Part shown: one piece after another, positions 28,541 through 36,580 of the stretch
Numbering within the stretch: the stretch's first letter is position 1
How the letters are laid out: each line of letters starts with the position of its first letter
DNA from: Verrucomicrobiota bacterium
Lineage (GTDB): Bacteria > Verrucomicrobiota > Verrucomicrobiia > Limisphaerales > UBA11358
DNA length: 64,000 nucleotides
Assembly (NCBI GenBank): GCA_036803685.1
Contig: DAIRTX010000001.1
Coordinates: 6,766-70,765, forward strand
Direction: 5' to 3'
The notes under the pieces: model-generated
Seen by the model: only the letters and a program-made list of their open reading frames with translations
Told to the model about the DNA's origin: nothing
Database searches by the model: none
Program-made: the position numbers and the translations under genes

Positions 28541-30280
28541 TCAATGCGCCGAGGTGATCAGGAGCACTTGTTCCAGCGTCGAGACGCCCTCGCGCGCGCG
28601 GTCGAGTCCGACCATGCGGAGTGTGCGCATTCCCTGGCTGATGGCCACCTTGCCCAGCTCGCGCGTGTTGGCGCGGGCAATGACGAGTTTGCGGATCTGG
28701 TCGGTGATGGTCATGGCTTCAATGATGGCCATGCGGCCGGCGTAACCGGAATTTTTGCAACGGTCGCAGCCGCGGCCGCGGTAAAGTTGCACACCGCTGA
28801 AAGTGGCGGGGTCAATACCGAGGTCTTCAAACATTTTGGGTGGATAAGTCACCGGCTCGCGGCAATGCGAACAAATGCGGCGCATGAGGCGTTGCGCGCA
28901 GGAAAGAATGACGGACGAGGAAATCAAAAACGGCGCAATGCCCATGTCATCGAGTCGCGCGATGGCGCCGGGCGCGTCGTTGCAGTGCATGGTGCTCAAG
29001 ACCTGGTGTCCGGTGAGCGCGGCTTCGATGGCGATTTCGGCGGTCTCGGTGTCGCGAATTTCACCGATCATGATGATGTCCGGGTCCTGGCGCAGAATGG
29101 AACGCAGGGCGTTGGCAAAAGTGAGGCCGATTTCCTTTTTGGTCGGCACCTGGTTGATGCCAGGAATCTGGAATTCCACCGGGTCTTCGACGGTGATGAT
29201 GTTGTAAATGGGGTTGTTCAGTTCGTTGAGCGCGGAGTAAAGGGTCGTGGTTTTGCCCGAACCCGTCGGGCCGGTGACGAGAATCAATCCGTGCGGCGCA
29301 TCAATGGCGCCCTTGAATCGCTTGAAGGTTTCGGGATCCAAACCGAGCTTGTCTATGCTCGCGGACAGATTTGTCTTGTCGAGAACGCGCAGGACGACTT
29401 TCTCACCGTGAACGGTGGGCATCACGGACACGCGCAGGTCAAAGTCCTTGCCGCTGACGCGCACGCGCATGCGACCGTCCTGCGGCAGGCGGCGTTCGGC
29501 AATGTCCAGGCTGCTCATGATTTTGAAGCGCGAGGCCAGCGCCAGTTGCATGTGCTTGGGCGGCGGCGTTGCGTCCATGAGCACGCCGTCCACCCGGTAA
29601 CGCAGGCGCATGTTTTTTTCAAAAGGCTCCAGGTGAATATCGCTGGCGCGATCCTTGATGGCCTGGATGATGATGAGATTGGCGAGTTTGATGACCGGCG
29701 CTTCTCCGCTGGAAGCGGCGAGCTGGTCAAGGTTGACCTCTTCCATCCCCTCCTTGACAGCTTCGATGGAATCGGCTTCCGCGTCGGCTTCATTCTGCTT
29801 TTGAGCGTCCTGAATGATATCTTCCATCGAACCGCTCTTGGCGGCATCGAAGGCGTTCAACTTGTCAACGATGGCTTTTTCAGACGCGATGAGCGGAGAT
29901 ATTTCGAGTTTGGTGATGCGCTTGACGTCGTCAATTGCCAGGACGTTCAGCGGGTCGGCCATCGCGAGGAACAGCCTGTTTTCCAACCGTGAAACGGGAA
30001 CAACCTTGTAATTGTGCGCCGTGTCGCGCGGCAGCAATTCAACGATTTCCGGCGGAATACTCACACGCGCAAGATTGATGGGCAGTACGTTCAGCACGCG
30101 CCCCATGGAAACAGCCAGGTCCTGCTCGCTGACGTAGGATTTGTCGACAATGAGTTTGATGAGGCGCGCCCCCTCCTTTTTTTGCTGTTCAAGCAGTTCC
30201 CCGATCTGCCCCGCCGACAACAAGCCGTCCTCGACGAGTGCGTCAGCGATGCGTTCTCCGAATGATTTGACTTTGGCCAT
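28541..30280 (-). CDS. GspE/PilB-family secretion ATPase, second paralogue, with MshEN-type N-terminal domain
   Basis: Walker A GPTGSGKTT, Walker B IMIGEIRD, His box GHQVLSTMHCNDA, CSHC...CDRC. The N-terminus carries RIADALVEDGLLSAGQIGELLEQQ, a 5-aa spacer, then RLIKLIVDKSYVSEQDLAVSMGRV. Confidence 0.95.
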   Translation of the reverse strand: MAKVKSFGERIADALVEDGLLSAGQIGELLEQQKKEGARLIKLIVDKSYVSEQDLAVSMGRVLNVLPINLARVSIPPEIVELLPRDTAHNYKVVPVSRLENRLFLAMADPLNVLAIDDVKRITKLEISPLIASEKAIVDKLNAFDAAKSGSMEDIIQDAQKQNEADAEADSIEAVKEGMEEVNLDQLAASSGEAPVIKLANLIIIQAIKDRASDIHLEPFEKNMRLRYRVDGVLMDATPPPKHMQLALASRFKIMSSLDIAERRLPQDGRMRVRVSGKDFDLRVSVMPTVHGEKVVLRVLDKTNLSASIDKLGLDPETFKRFKGAIDAPHGLILVTGPTGSGKTTTLYSALNELNNPIYNIITVEDPVEFQIPGINQVPTKKEIGLTFANALRSILRQDPDIIMIGEIRDTETAEIAIEAALTGHQVLSTMHCNDAPGAIARLDDMGIAPFLISSSVILSCAQRLMRRICSHCREPVTYPPKMFEDLGIDPATFSGVQLYRGRGCDRCKNSGYAGRMAIIEAMTITDQIRKLVIARANTRELGKVAISQGMRTLRMVGLDRAREGVSTLEQVLLITSAH

Positions 30281-30284
30281 GGCT

Positions 30285-31139
30285 TTAACGGAACGCGATG
30301 CGGAGGTTGGAGATCAGGTCGGTGGGCGGCGCCAAATACCACAGCAGCCGGTGCGTGGTGGCTTCAGCCAGATCCTTCACTGCCTGCTGATTAAACGGAT
30401 TGGCGGTTGCCACCAAAATGGATTTGCTCATCCGGTCGAACGGCAGCACGCACCAGCGGCGGCAAACTTCCGCCGGAAAGCCGCGCGTCAAGTCAATGTC
30501 CACATCGTACTTTTCCAGCGGCAAAAACGCCGTGCGTGACCTGTCGGCCAGCAACTTAAGGGATTTTTCCACGGTAAAAATCTTTTTCTCCGCGAGGGCG
30601 TGGATGAACGGTTCGACCACATCCGATGCCGCCGCGGTCAAGTCCACCGTGCGCCAGCACAAATCAAAATCACCCGCGGCGATGATTTTGCTCTCGACGA
30701 AAATTTTGCGCATCGTCTTGCGGCCATCGTCAATTTCCGTTGTCGCCGTGTGCGCCTTTTTGCGAAATCTCGCTGTGTCGGACGGAGACACCGACACCGA
30801 CGCCGCCGATTCCACGCCTGCGGATTGCACCGCCACGTTGTTCGCCTTGTCCTCAATTTGCTTGAGTGCCGCCTGCACGTCAGCATCGTCCGGACGCCGT
30901 TGTAAAACTGTCTCGTATTCCAAAATCGCCGATGAAAGCTGCCCCGACTGCATGTAAGCTTGCGCGATGCGCTTGGATGTGTTGATGACATCCTGTTCGC
31001 GACCCATCTTGGTATAGGCTTCCTTGAGAATTTCCAGTGACTGGCAATCGTTGGGCTGCGATTGGGTAATGACTTCGAACATCTCAATCGTCTGTTGCAA
31101 TTGAGCTTCTTCATTGGGACTTAATGCCGTCGTGTCCAT
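30285..31139 (-). CDS. TPR + T2SSE_N (GspE N-terminal-like) domain protein
   Basis: 284 aa. N-terminal TPR helices (LEILKEAYTKMGREQDVINTSKRIAQAYMQSGQLSSAILEYETVLQRRPDD). C-terminal FLPLEKYDVDIDLTRGFPAEVCRRWCVLPFDRMSKSILVATANPFN is typical of the T2SSE_N fold. Ends 4 nt before the ATPase start. Confidence 0.8.
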   Translation of the reverse strand: MDTTALSPNEEAQLQQTIEMFEVITQSQPNDCQSLEILKEAYTKMGREQDVINTSKRIAQAYMQSGQLSSAILEYETVLQRRPDDADVQAALKQIEDKANNVAVQSAGVESAASVSVSPSDTARFRKKAHTATTEIDDGRKTMRKIFVESKIIAAGDFDLCWRTVDLTAAASDVVEPFIHALAEKKIFTVEKSLKLLADRSRTAFLPLEKYDVDIDLTRGFPAEVCRRWCVLPFDRMSKSILVATANPFNQQAVKDLAEATTHRLLWYLAPPTDLISNLRIAFR

Positions 31140-31314
31140 GATTTGATTGTCTGCCAGTCTAGAACCAGCAATCCGCGCGCCATTTTACACCCTAAAAAAC
31201 AACAACGCAATCTCCGCTTAAACCACCTTAAACCACCAGATGCACTTGCGGCATTGCTTTCCGCCACCGTCTGCGGAATCGTAATGTCGTCCGGCAAACC
31301 ACCGGGACGAAAAA

Positions 31315-34300
31315 ATGCCGCAACCCGTTCCAATCATGAAACCCGCGACCGGCGAACGCCTCGTGCGTTTCGTCGGCGACCGCATCCGTTTCACGCTCCA
31401 CGACGGCAGCGGGCGCAACGGCTGGCGCGCTTTGCTCCGCACCAATCTCGGTCGCGCCGCAGCGCTCCGGCGCGAAATCATCGCCGCGCACGCCGGCGGC
31501 CCGGTTCACGCCGGCGAATCCTGGCGCGACGTGCCGATGCAACAAAACGGCGATGCCTGGCAAATCGAATTGCCGCTCGCTGAAGCCGGCTTCTTCAAAG
31601 CCAAAGCGTATCTGCTCGACCCGAAAGGCTGGCAGCATTGGCCCGATGGCCAGGACGTCGGCATCAGTGTTCATCCCAATTTTGCCCGCACCGCCAATAC
31701 AATTTATTGCGCCTTCACCCGACTTTTTGGTGCGACGAAAAATTTGTCATCCCCGCGCGACAAAAAACTCGAAGTTCAACTCCAGCAGCTCGATGAAAAA
31801 AACTTCACCGTCATTCCACCCTCCGGCAAGCTCCGCGATCTGGCCCGCCAGTTGCCGCACATCGTCCAAACGCTTGGTTGCCGTATCATTCATTTGCTGC
31901 CGATTCATCCCACGCCCACAACTTTCGCGCGCTTTGGGCGTTTTGGCAGCCCGTATGCCGCGCTGGACCTGACCGCGATTGATCCGGCACTCGTCGAATT
32001 CGACAAACGCACCACCGGGGTGGATCAATTTTGCGAATTCACCCATGCCGCGCACTCGCTCGGCGCACGGGTGTTCCTTGACATCGTCATCAACCACACC
32101 GGTTGGGGCGCGGCCTTGCAGGAAAATCATCCCGAATTTTTTCTGCGAAACTCCGACGGCACATTCGCCAGCCCCGGCGCCTGGGGCACAATCTGGGAAG
32201 ACCTCGTCGAATTGAAACAGGATGATGTCGCGCTGTGGGACAAAATCGCCGACGCGCTTTTAATCTGGTGCCGTCGCGGCGTGGATGGTTTTCGTTGTGA
32301 CGCCGGCTACAAAATTCCCGTGCCCGCCTGGCAATACATCATCGCCCGTGTGCAGGACGAATTTTCCGAAACCATCTTCCTGCTCGAAGGACTCGGCGGC
32401 CCGTGGGAAGCCACCGAAAATTTGCTCACCGACGGTGAAATGCAATGGGCTTACTCCGAACTTTTCCAAAATTACTCCGGCCGCCAGATCGCCGACTACC
32501 TCGACTACGCCAATCGCCAGAGTTCGCGCGTCGGCACCTACGTTCATTACAGCGAGACCCACGACAACGACCGCCTGGCCGCCCGCGGGCGCGCGTGGTC
32601 GCTGTTGCGAAACCGACTTTGCGCGCTGACCAGTGTGAGCGGTGGTTTTGGTTTCACCGGGGGTGTCGAATGGCTCGCCACGGAAAAAATCAAAGTCCAC
32701 GGCTGTGCCGGCCTCGCGTGGGACAACCCGGACAACATCGTTTCCGAACTCGCGCAACTCAACTGTCTGCTCGCCGACCACCCGTGCTTTTTCGACGGCG
32801 CAAAACTCACGCGACTCAGCACGCCCGACTCGCCGGTTTATGCGCTGCTTCGCGAATCCGTCCCGCAGTTGCGGGACAAGGATTCTGTGCTGGTTCTGGT
32901 CAACCCCGATGTCGAAAAAACAAATTCGTTCACGCTCGCGGTCTCCGATGTCAAATCTCCAATTTCAGATTTCAAATTCGATTTGCTCGGCCAGCCGCCG
33001 CCAAAGACTGACGTCACAAAAGATAAAATTACTTTCACGCTCGCACCCGGCGCGTGCCATTGCCTCGCACCCACGGCAGAGCCGCAAGGTTTGAGCGGCG
33101 ATGCTTACCGTCGCGCCCGCGCGCAAGCCGCCTGGGCGCTCGAAGCACTGGGTAAAATCGTGCCGGTCGAAACGATTGACGGCCTCGACTGGCGCTGGTT
33201 CGCCGGACAAGTCGAGCGTTCGCCGGCCAATTTTCTTGCCGCCGCCAGTGAATTTGCCACGCGTGGCTCAAAATCTTCCCTGGTCGAACTGTTACGTGAC
33301 GCGGAACAACAAAAAAATTTCCCGCGCGTCATCATCTGGACTTTGCTCGACCACCGCCGCGTGACGCTGGTCCCGCCCGGCCATTGGCTGCTCATCCAGG
33401 ACAGTGCTCCCTTCCGGGCCACACTGCAAATGCAGAATGCGGAATGCGGAATGCAGAATGAAAACGGGCGTGCCGAACATGTCCAATCCATCGCTGTAGC
33501 TGACGGACACATTGCCTGTTTTGCGCCGCGCAAAACGGCGACTGATGCTGAATTAATTTTGGAACGTTATGCCACCGCATCGCAGCAGGTGACAGGCGCG
33601 GTTCGATTTCTCCCGGCCGAACCGGCCGGCCCGAAATCCAAGACCCAAAATCCGAGACCCGAAGATGTAGTTTTGCTCACCAACGGCATCGGCGGCATGG
33701 CGCGGCTCTGCGTGGACTTGGGCCGTGTGAATTCCAAATACGACTGCGTGCTCGGCGCAAACCTGAACTCCAGCGTCCCGGTGGATCGTCATGTCTTTGT
33801 CAAACGCCTCCGGGCATGGGTCAATGCCAACGGCTTCCTTTCACCGCTCAACGTGAAAAATCTCGCGTCGTTTGCCGCCGGTCCGCCAGCCGTCTGGCAG
33901 TTTGTCGCCAATGCCGGCGACGGGCGGACGGTCGAAATCGAGTTGCGCGCCGAAATGCTCGAAGGGGAAAATGCAACGGTGTTTCATTTTGCCCGACCGA
34001 CGGCCGAACGCGCGTGCGGCAAACAATTGCCCGCCGACGCCGACGTTCGCCTGACGGTGCGTTTCGACATCGAAGACCGGAATTTTCATTGGGAAACCAA
34101 ACGCAACGGCGGCGCGGAACATCATTTTTCCACAAACACGCACGAATTATCCGAGGTAGGGCGCGTCACTCCGTGCGCGCCGCAGTTGAATGAAGGCGAA
34201 CGGCGCGCACGGAGTAACTCGCCCGACCAGAAGATTGGCTTCGCCTTCACGCCCGCACCCGACCGCCAATTGCGCGCGTTTGCCAACGCGGGCGAATATC

Positions 34301-35910
34301 ATCCGCAACCGGAATGGTGCGAAAACATCCCGCACCCGGTCGAACAAAGCCGTGGCCAGACCGGCAGCGGCGACGCCTACAGTCCGGGCTGGTTTGAGAT
34401 TCCGCTGCCCAAGGGCGCAAACGTCATGCTCGTGGCCACGGCGGAAACGACCGGTTTGCCGCCTTCGGAATTTCAAATTTTTGATTTGGAACTGGAAATG
34501 GCGAAAACCGGCGACGCCTTCGGCAACCAACTTTTGCGCGCCTCCAGACAATTCGTCGTCCGGCGCGGCAAAGGCAAAACCGTCATCGCCGGTTATCCGT
34601 GGTTTTTGGACTGGGGCCGCGACACGTTCATTGCCTGTCGCGGTTTGCTCGCCGCCGGAATGATTGACGAAGTAAGGCAAATTTTGCTCGCGTTCGCGAA
34701 ATTCGAGAAGGACGGCACGCTGCCCAACGCCATTTTCGGCGACAACGCCTCCAACCACGACACCTCCGACGCGCCGTTGTGGTTCGCTCTCGTGTGCGAA
34801 GAATTTGCTGATCTTGGGAGGGACGGCGTGCCGCCGTCTCTGACTTCATCCAAAAAAATGGGACGCCGACACGGCGTCCCTCCCACCGATGATTTTTATT
34901 CCGTATTGGTTGATGAAAATGGGCGCACAATCCGCGATGTGTTGTTCAGCATTGCCGTGAATTACGCGAAGGGCACGCCGAACGGCATCCGCATGGACGC
35001 CGATTCCGCGTTGATCTGGAGTCCGGCTCATTTCACCTGGATGGACACGAACCATCCCGCTGGCACGCCGCGCGAAGGGTATCCGGTGGAAATTCAAGCT
35101 CTGTGGATCCGTCTCTTGCGTCAGCTTGAAAAAATCAGCGCGACTGGAAGTGCCACCGGGCAACGAGGCGGAAAATCGTTTGGAGTTACGCCTTCAGGCG
35201 GCAAGGCTGCGAATGAACACCAAGGCCGCGTAAACGCGGAACTCCAAACGGTGTCAGCCGAACAAAAAAAATGGCGCGATCTTGCCGACCGCGCACTGGC
35301 CTCGCTCGAAAAATTTTTCTGGCTCGAAGACAAGGGCTGGCCGGCTGACGTGCTGCTGGCCAAACCCGGTGTCGCTGCTCGCGAAGCCACCCCCGACGAC
35401 GCGCTCCGCGGCAATTATCTGTTTGCCGTCAGCCTCGGACTCGTGACCGGCGAACGCGCCAAACGCTGTGTTGAGGTGGCGCAAAAATATCTGGTTGTGC
35501 CTGGTGCGTTGCGGTCACTCGCGCCATTGCCGGTTTCGGTCCCGCTGCCGATCTGGCGCGATGGCCAACTGCTCAACAACCCCATCGAGCCCTATTGGCC
35601 GCATTACGAAGGTGACGAGGACACGCGCCGCAAACCGGCCTATCACAACGGCACGGCGTGGACGTGGACGTTTCCGGTTTTTTGCGAAGCGCTCGCGCGC
35701 GCGTGGTCCCGCGATGCGGGAGCGGCGGAAGCCGTCGCGGCGGCGAAAGCGTATTTGGGCAGCGTGGAGCAATTGCTGAACGAAGGCTGCCTCGGCCAGA
35801 TTCCGGAAATTCTGGATGGCGACGCGCCACACGCACAACGCGGTTGTGACGCACAGGCGTGGGGCGTGACCGAGGCGTTGCGCGTGTGGAGATTGTTGTC
35901 GAAATTGTAG
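31315..35910 (+). CDS. 1531-aa fusion enzyme: GlgE-like N-domain + GH13 alpha-amylase-family catalytic domain + GDE_N/GDE_C amylo-alpha-1,6-glucosidase (glycogen debranching type)
   Basis: GH13 regions FLDIVINHTG, GFRCDAGYKIP, FLLEGLGG, HYSETHDND. GDE_N-like VVLLTNGIGGMARL. GDE_C motifs GYPWFLDWGRDTFIA, TSDAPLWF, FTWMDT...PREGYPVEIQALW, AYHNGTAWTWTFPVF, CDAQAWGVTEALR. The start could also be Met8 (31336). Confidence 0.9.
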   Translation: MPQPVPIMKPATGERLVRFVGDRIRFTLHDGSGRNGWRALLRTNLGRAAALRREIIAAHAGGPVHAGESWRDVPMQQNGDAWQIELPLAEAGFFKAKAYLLDPKGWQHWPDGQDVGISVHPNFARTANTIYCAFTRLFGATKNLSSPRDKKLEVQLQQLDEKNFTVIPPSGKLRDLARQLPHIVQTLGCRIIHLLPIHPTPTTFARFGRFGSPYAALDLTAIDPALVEFDKRTTGVDQFCEFTHAAHSLGARVFLDIVINHTGWGAALQENHPEFFLRNSDGTFASPGAWGTIWEDLVELKQDDVALWDKIADALLIWCRRGVDGFRCDAGYKIPVPAWQYIIARVQDEFSETIFLLEGLGGPWEATENLLTDGEMQWAYSELFQNYSGRQIADYLDYANRQSSRVGTYVHYSETHDNDRLAARGRAWSLLRNRLCALTSVSGGFGFTGGVEWLATEKIKVHGCAGLAWDNPDNIVSELAQLNCLLADHPCFFDGAKLTRLSTPDSPVYALLRESVPQLRDKDSVLVLVNPDVEKTNSFTLAVSDVKSPISDFKFDLLGQPPPKTDVTKDKITFTLAPGACHCLAPTAEPQGLSGDAYRRARAQAAWALEALGKIVPVETIDGLDWRWFAGQVERSPANFLAAASEFATRGSKSSLVELLRDAEQQKNFPRVIIWTLLDHRRVTLVPPGHWLLIQDSAPFRATLQMQNAECGMQNENGRAEHVQSIAVADGHIACFAPRKTATDAELILERYATASQQVTGAVRFLPAEPAGPKSKTQNPRPEDVVLLTNGIGGMARLCVDLGRVNSKYDCVLGANLNSSVPVDRHVFVKRLRAWVNANGFLSPLNVKNLASFAAGPPAVWQFVANAGDGRTVEIELRAEMLEGENATVFHFARPTAERACGKQLPADADVRLTVRFDIEDRNFHWETKRNGGAEHHFSTNTHELSEVGRVTPCAPQLNEGERRARSNSPDQKIGFAFTPAPDRQLRAFANAGEYHPQPEWCENIPHPVEQSRGQTGSGDAYSPGWFEIPLPKGANVMLVATAETTGLPPSEFQIFDLELEMAKTGDAFGNQLLRASRQFVVRRGKGKTVIAGYPWFLDWGRDTFIACRGLLAAGMIDEVRQILLAFAKFEKDGTLPNAIFGDNASNHDTSDAPLWFALVCEEFADLGRDGVPPSLTSSKKMGRRHGVPPTDDFYSVLVDENGRTIRDVLFSIAVNYAKGTPNGIRMDADSALIWSPAHFTWMDTNHPAGTPREGYPVEIQALWIRLLRQLEKISATGSATGQRGGKSFGVTPSGGKAANEHQGRVNAELQTVSAEQKKWRDLADRALASLEKFFWLEDKGWPADVLLAKPGVAAREATPDDALRGNYLFAVSLGLVTGERAKRCVEVAQKYLVVPGALRSLAPLPVSVPLPIWRDGQLLNNPIEPYWPHYEGDEDTRRKPAYHNGTAWTWTFPVFCEALARAWSRDAGAAEAVAAAKAYLGSVEQLLNEGCLGQIPEILDGDAPHAQRGCDAQAWGVTEALRVWRLLSKL
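33432..33459. repeat. Heptanucleotide tandem array inside the debranching-enzyme CDS (GCAGAAT GCGGAAT GCGGAAT GCAGAAT)
   Basis: Read directly from the sequence. Encodes QNAECGMQN. Confidence 0.8.
34155..34228. repeat. 74-bp inverted-repeat (hairpin) element embedded in frame in the debranching-enzyme CDS
   Basis: Left arm GGTAGGGCGCGTCACTCCGTGCGCGCCG. The right arm's reverse complement is GGTCGGGCGAGTTACTCCGTGCGCGCCG (25/28 match). 18-nt spacer. Shares the GGTAGGG(A)CGCG core with the 54-bp element. Confidence 0.8.
34815..34885. repeat. 71-bp double-hairpin element embedded in the debranching-enzyme CDS
   Basis: Terminal arms TGGGAGGGACGGCGTG / CACGGCGTCCCTCCCA (15/16 complementary). Internal hairpins GACGGCG-tgc-CGCCGTC and GGGACGCCG-aca-CGGCGTCCC. 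Encodes LGRDGVPPSLTSSKKMGRRHGVPPT between conserved GDE_C blocks. Confidence 0.8.
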
Positions 35911-35976
35911 CAGCGGACATGAGTCCGCTCATTCTTCTTAAAAGAAAAGTCCGAGCCGACTCACGTCGGCTGCTCC
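35907..35976. repeat. 70-bp inverted-repeat element / probable terminator after the debranching-enzyme gene
   Basis: The arms GTAGCAGCGGAC and GTCGGCTGCTCC are complementary at 10/12 positions. Nested hairpins AGCGGAC-atga-GTCCGCT and GAGCCGAC-tcac-GTCGGCT(G)C. Related to the ends of the 23590-23718 element. Confidence 0.6.
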
Positions 35977-36022
35977 GGCGGTAAATCATTGCCAAGCGGA
36001 GCGGCACGGGCAAAATGACGGC

Positions 36023-36508
36023 GTGAACTTCCGTGAGAAAATCATTGCGTGGGACAAATTGCCAGAGTGGCGGGCGGTCATGCGCGCCAGTGGCAGGAAA
36101 CTGGTCGTCACCAACGGCTGTTTCGACATCCTGCATCTGGGTCATGTGACCTACCTCGAATCGGCGCGCCGTTTCGGAGACGCGCTGCTCGTCGGTGTCA
36201 ACGGCGATGACGCAACGCGGCAGTTGAAGGGTTCGGGGCGACCGGTAAATGTCGAAGCCGACCGCGCCGCTGTGCTCGCCGCACTGGCGAGCGTGGACGG
36301 GGTTTGCGTTTTTGCGGAAAAGACCGCCACGAAATTCCTTTCGGCCGCCAAACCCGATATTTACGTCAAAGGTGGCGATTACACCCTGGACACGTTGAAT
36401 CAGGACGAACGGCGCGCGGTGGAGTCGACGGGCGGGAAAATCGTCATCATCCCATTTGTGCCGGGCAAATCCACGACGGCGTTGCTCGAAAAAATTTCAC
36501 GGCTGTGA
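36023..36508 (+). CDS. hldC: D-glycero-beta-D-manno-heptose 1-phosphate adenylyltransferase (RfaE domain II only)
   Basis: GRKLVVTNGCFDILHLGHVTYLESARRFGDALLVGVNGDDATRQLKGSGRPVN...KGGDY is the cytidylyltransferase-like HldC/RfaE-II signature. GTG start. No fused kinase domain. Confidence 0.9.
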   Translation: MNFREKIIAWDKLPEWRAVMRASGRKLVVTNGCFDILHLGHVTYLESARRFGDALLVGVNGDDATRQLKGSGRPVNVEADRAAVLAALASVDGVCVFAEKTATKFLSAAKPDIYVKGGDYTLDTLNQDERRAVESTGGKIVIIPFVPGKSTTALLEKISRL

Positions 36509-36512
36509 AAAT

Positions 36513-36566
36513 GGTAGGGACGCGCTGCCGCGCGTCCAGGTCCCGCAATGCGGGATCAGCCCTACC
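36513..36566. repeat. 54-bp nested-hairpin REP-like element, copy 2 (intergenic, hldC to GT9)
   Basis: GGTAGGGACGCGCTGCCGCGCGTCCAGGTCCCGCAATGCGGGATCAGCCCTACC. Begins 4 nt after the hldC stop codon and ends 14 nt before the GT9 ATG. Confidence 0.9.
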
Positions 36567-36580
36567 AAGAATTGCAACAA

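Noticed and set aside
31217-31236. Tandem 10-mer CTTAAACCAC x2 in the divergent intergenic region between the TPR/T2SSE_N operon and the debranching-enzyme gene, as a possible operator.
   Set aside because: There are only two copies, no dyad symmetry and no nearby regulator gene. The evidence is insufficient to call a binding site.
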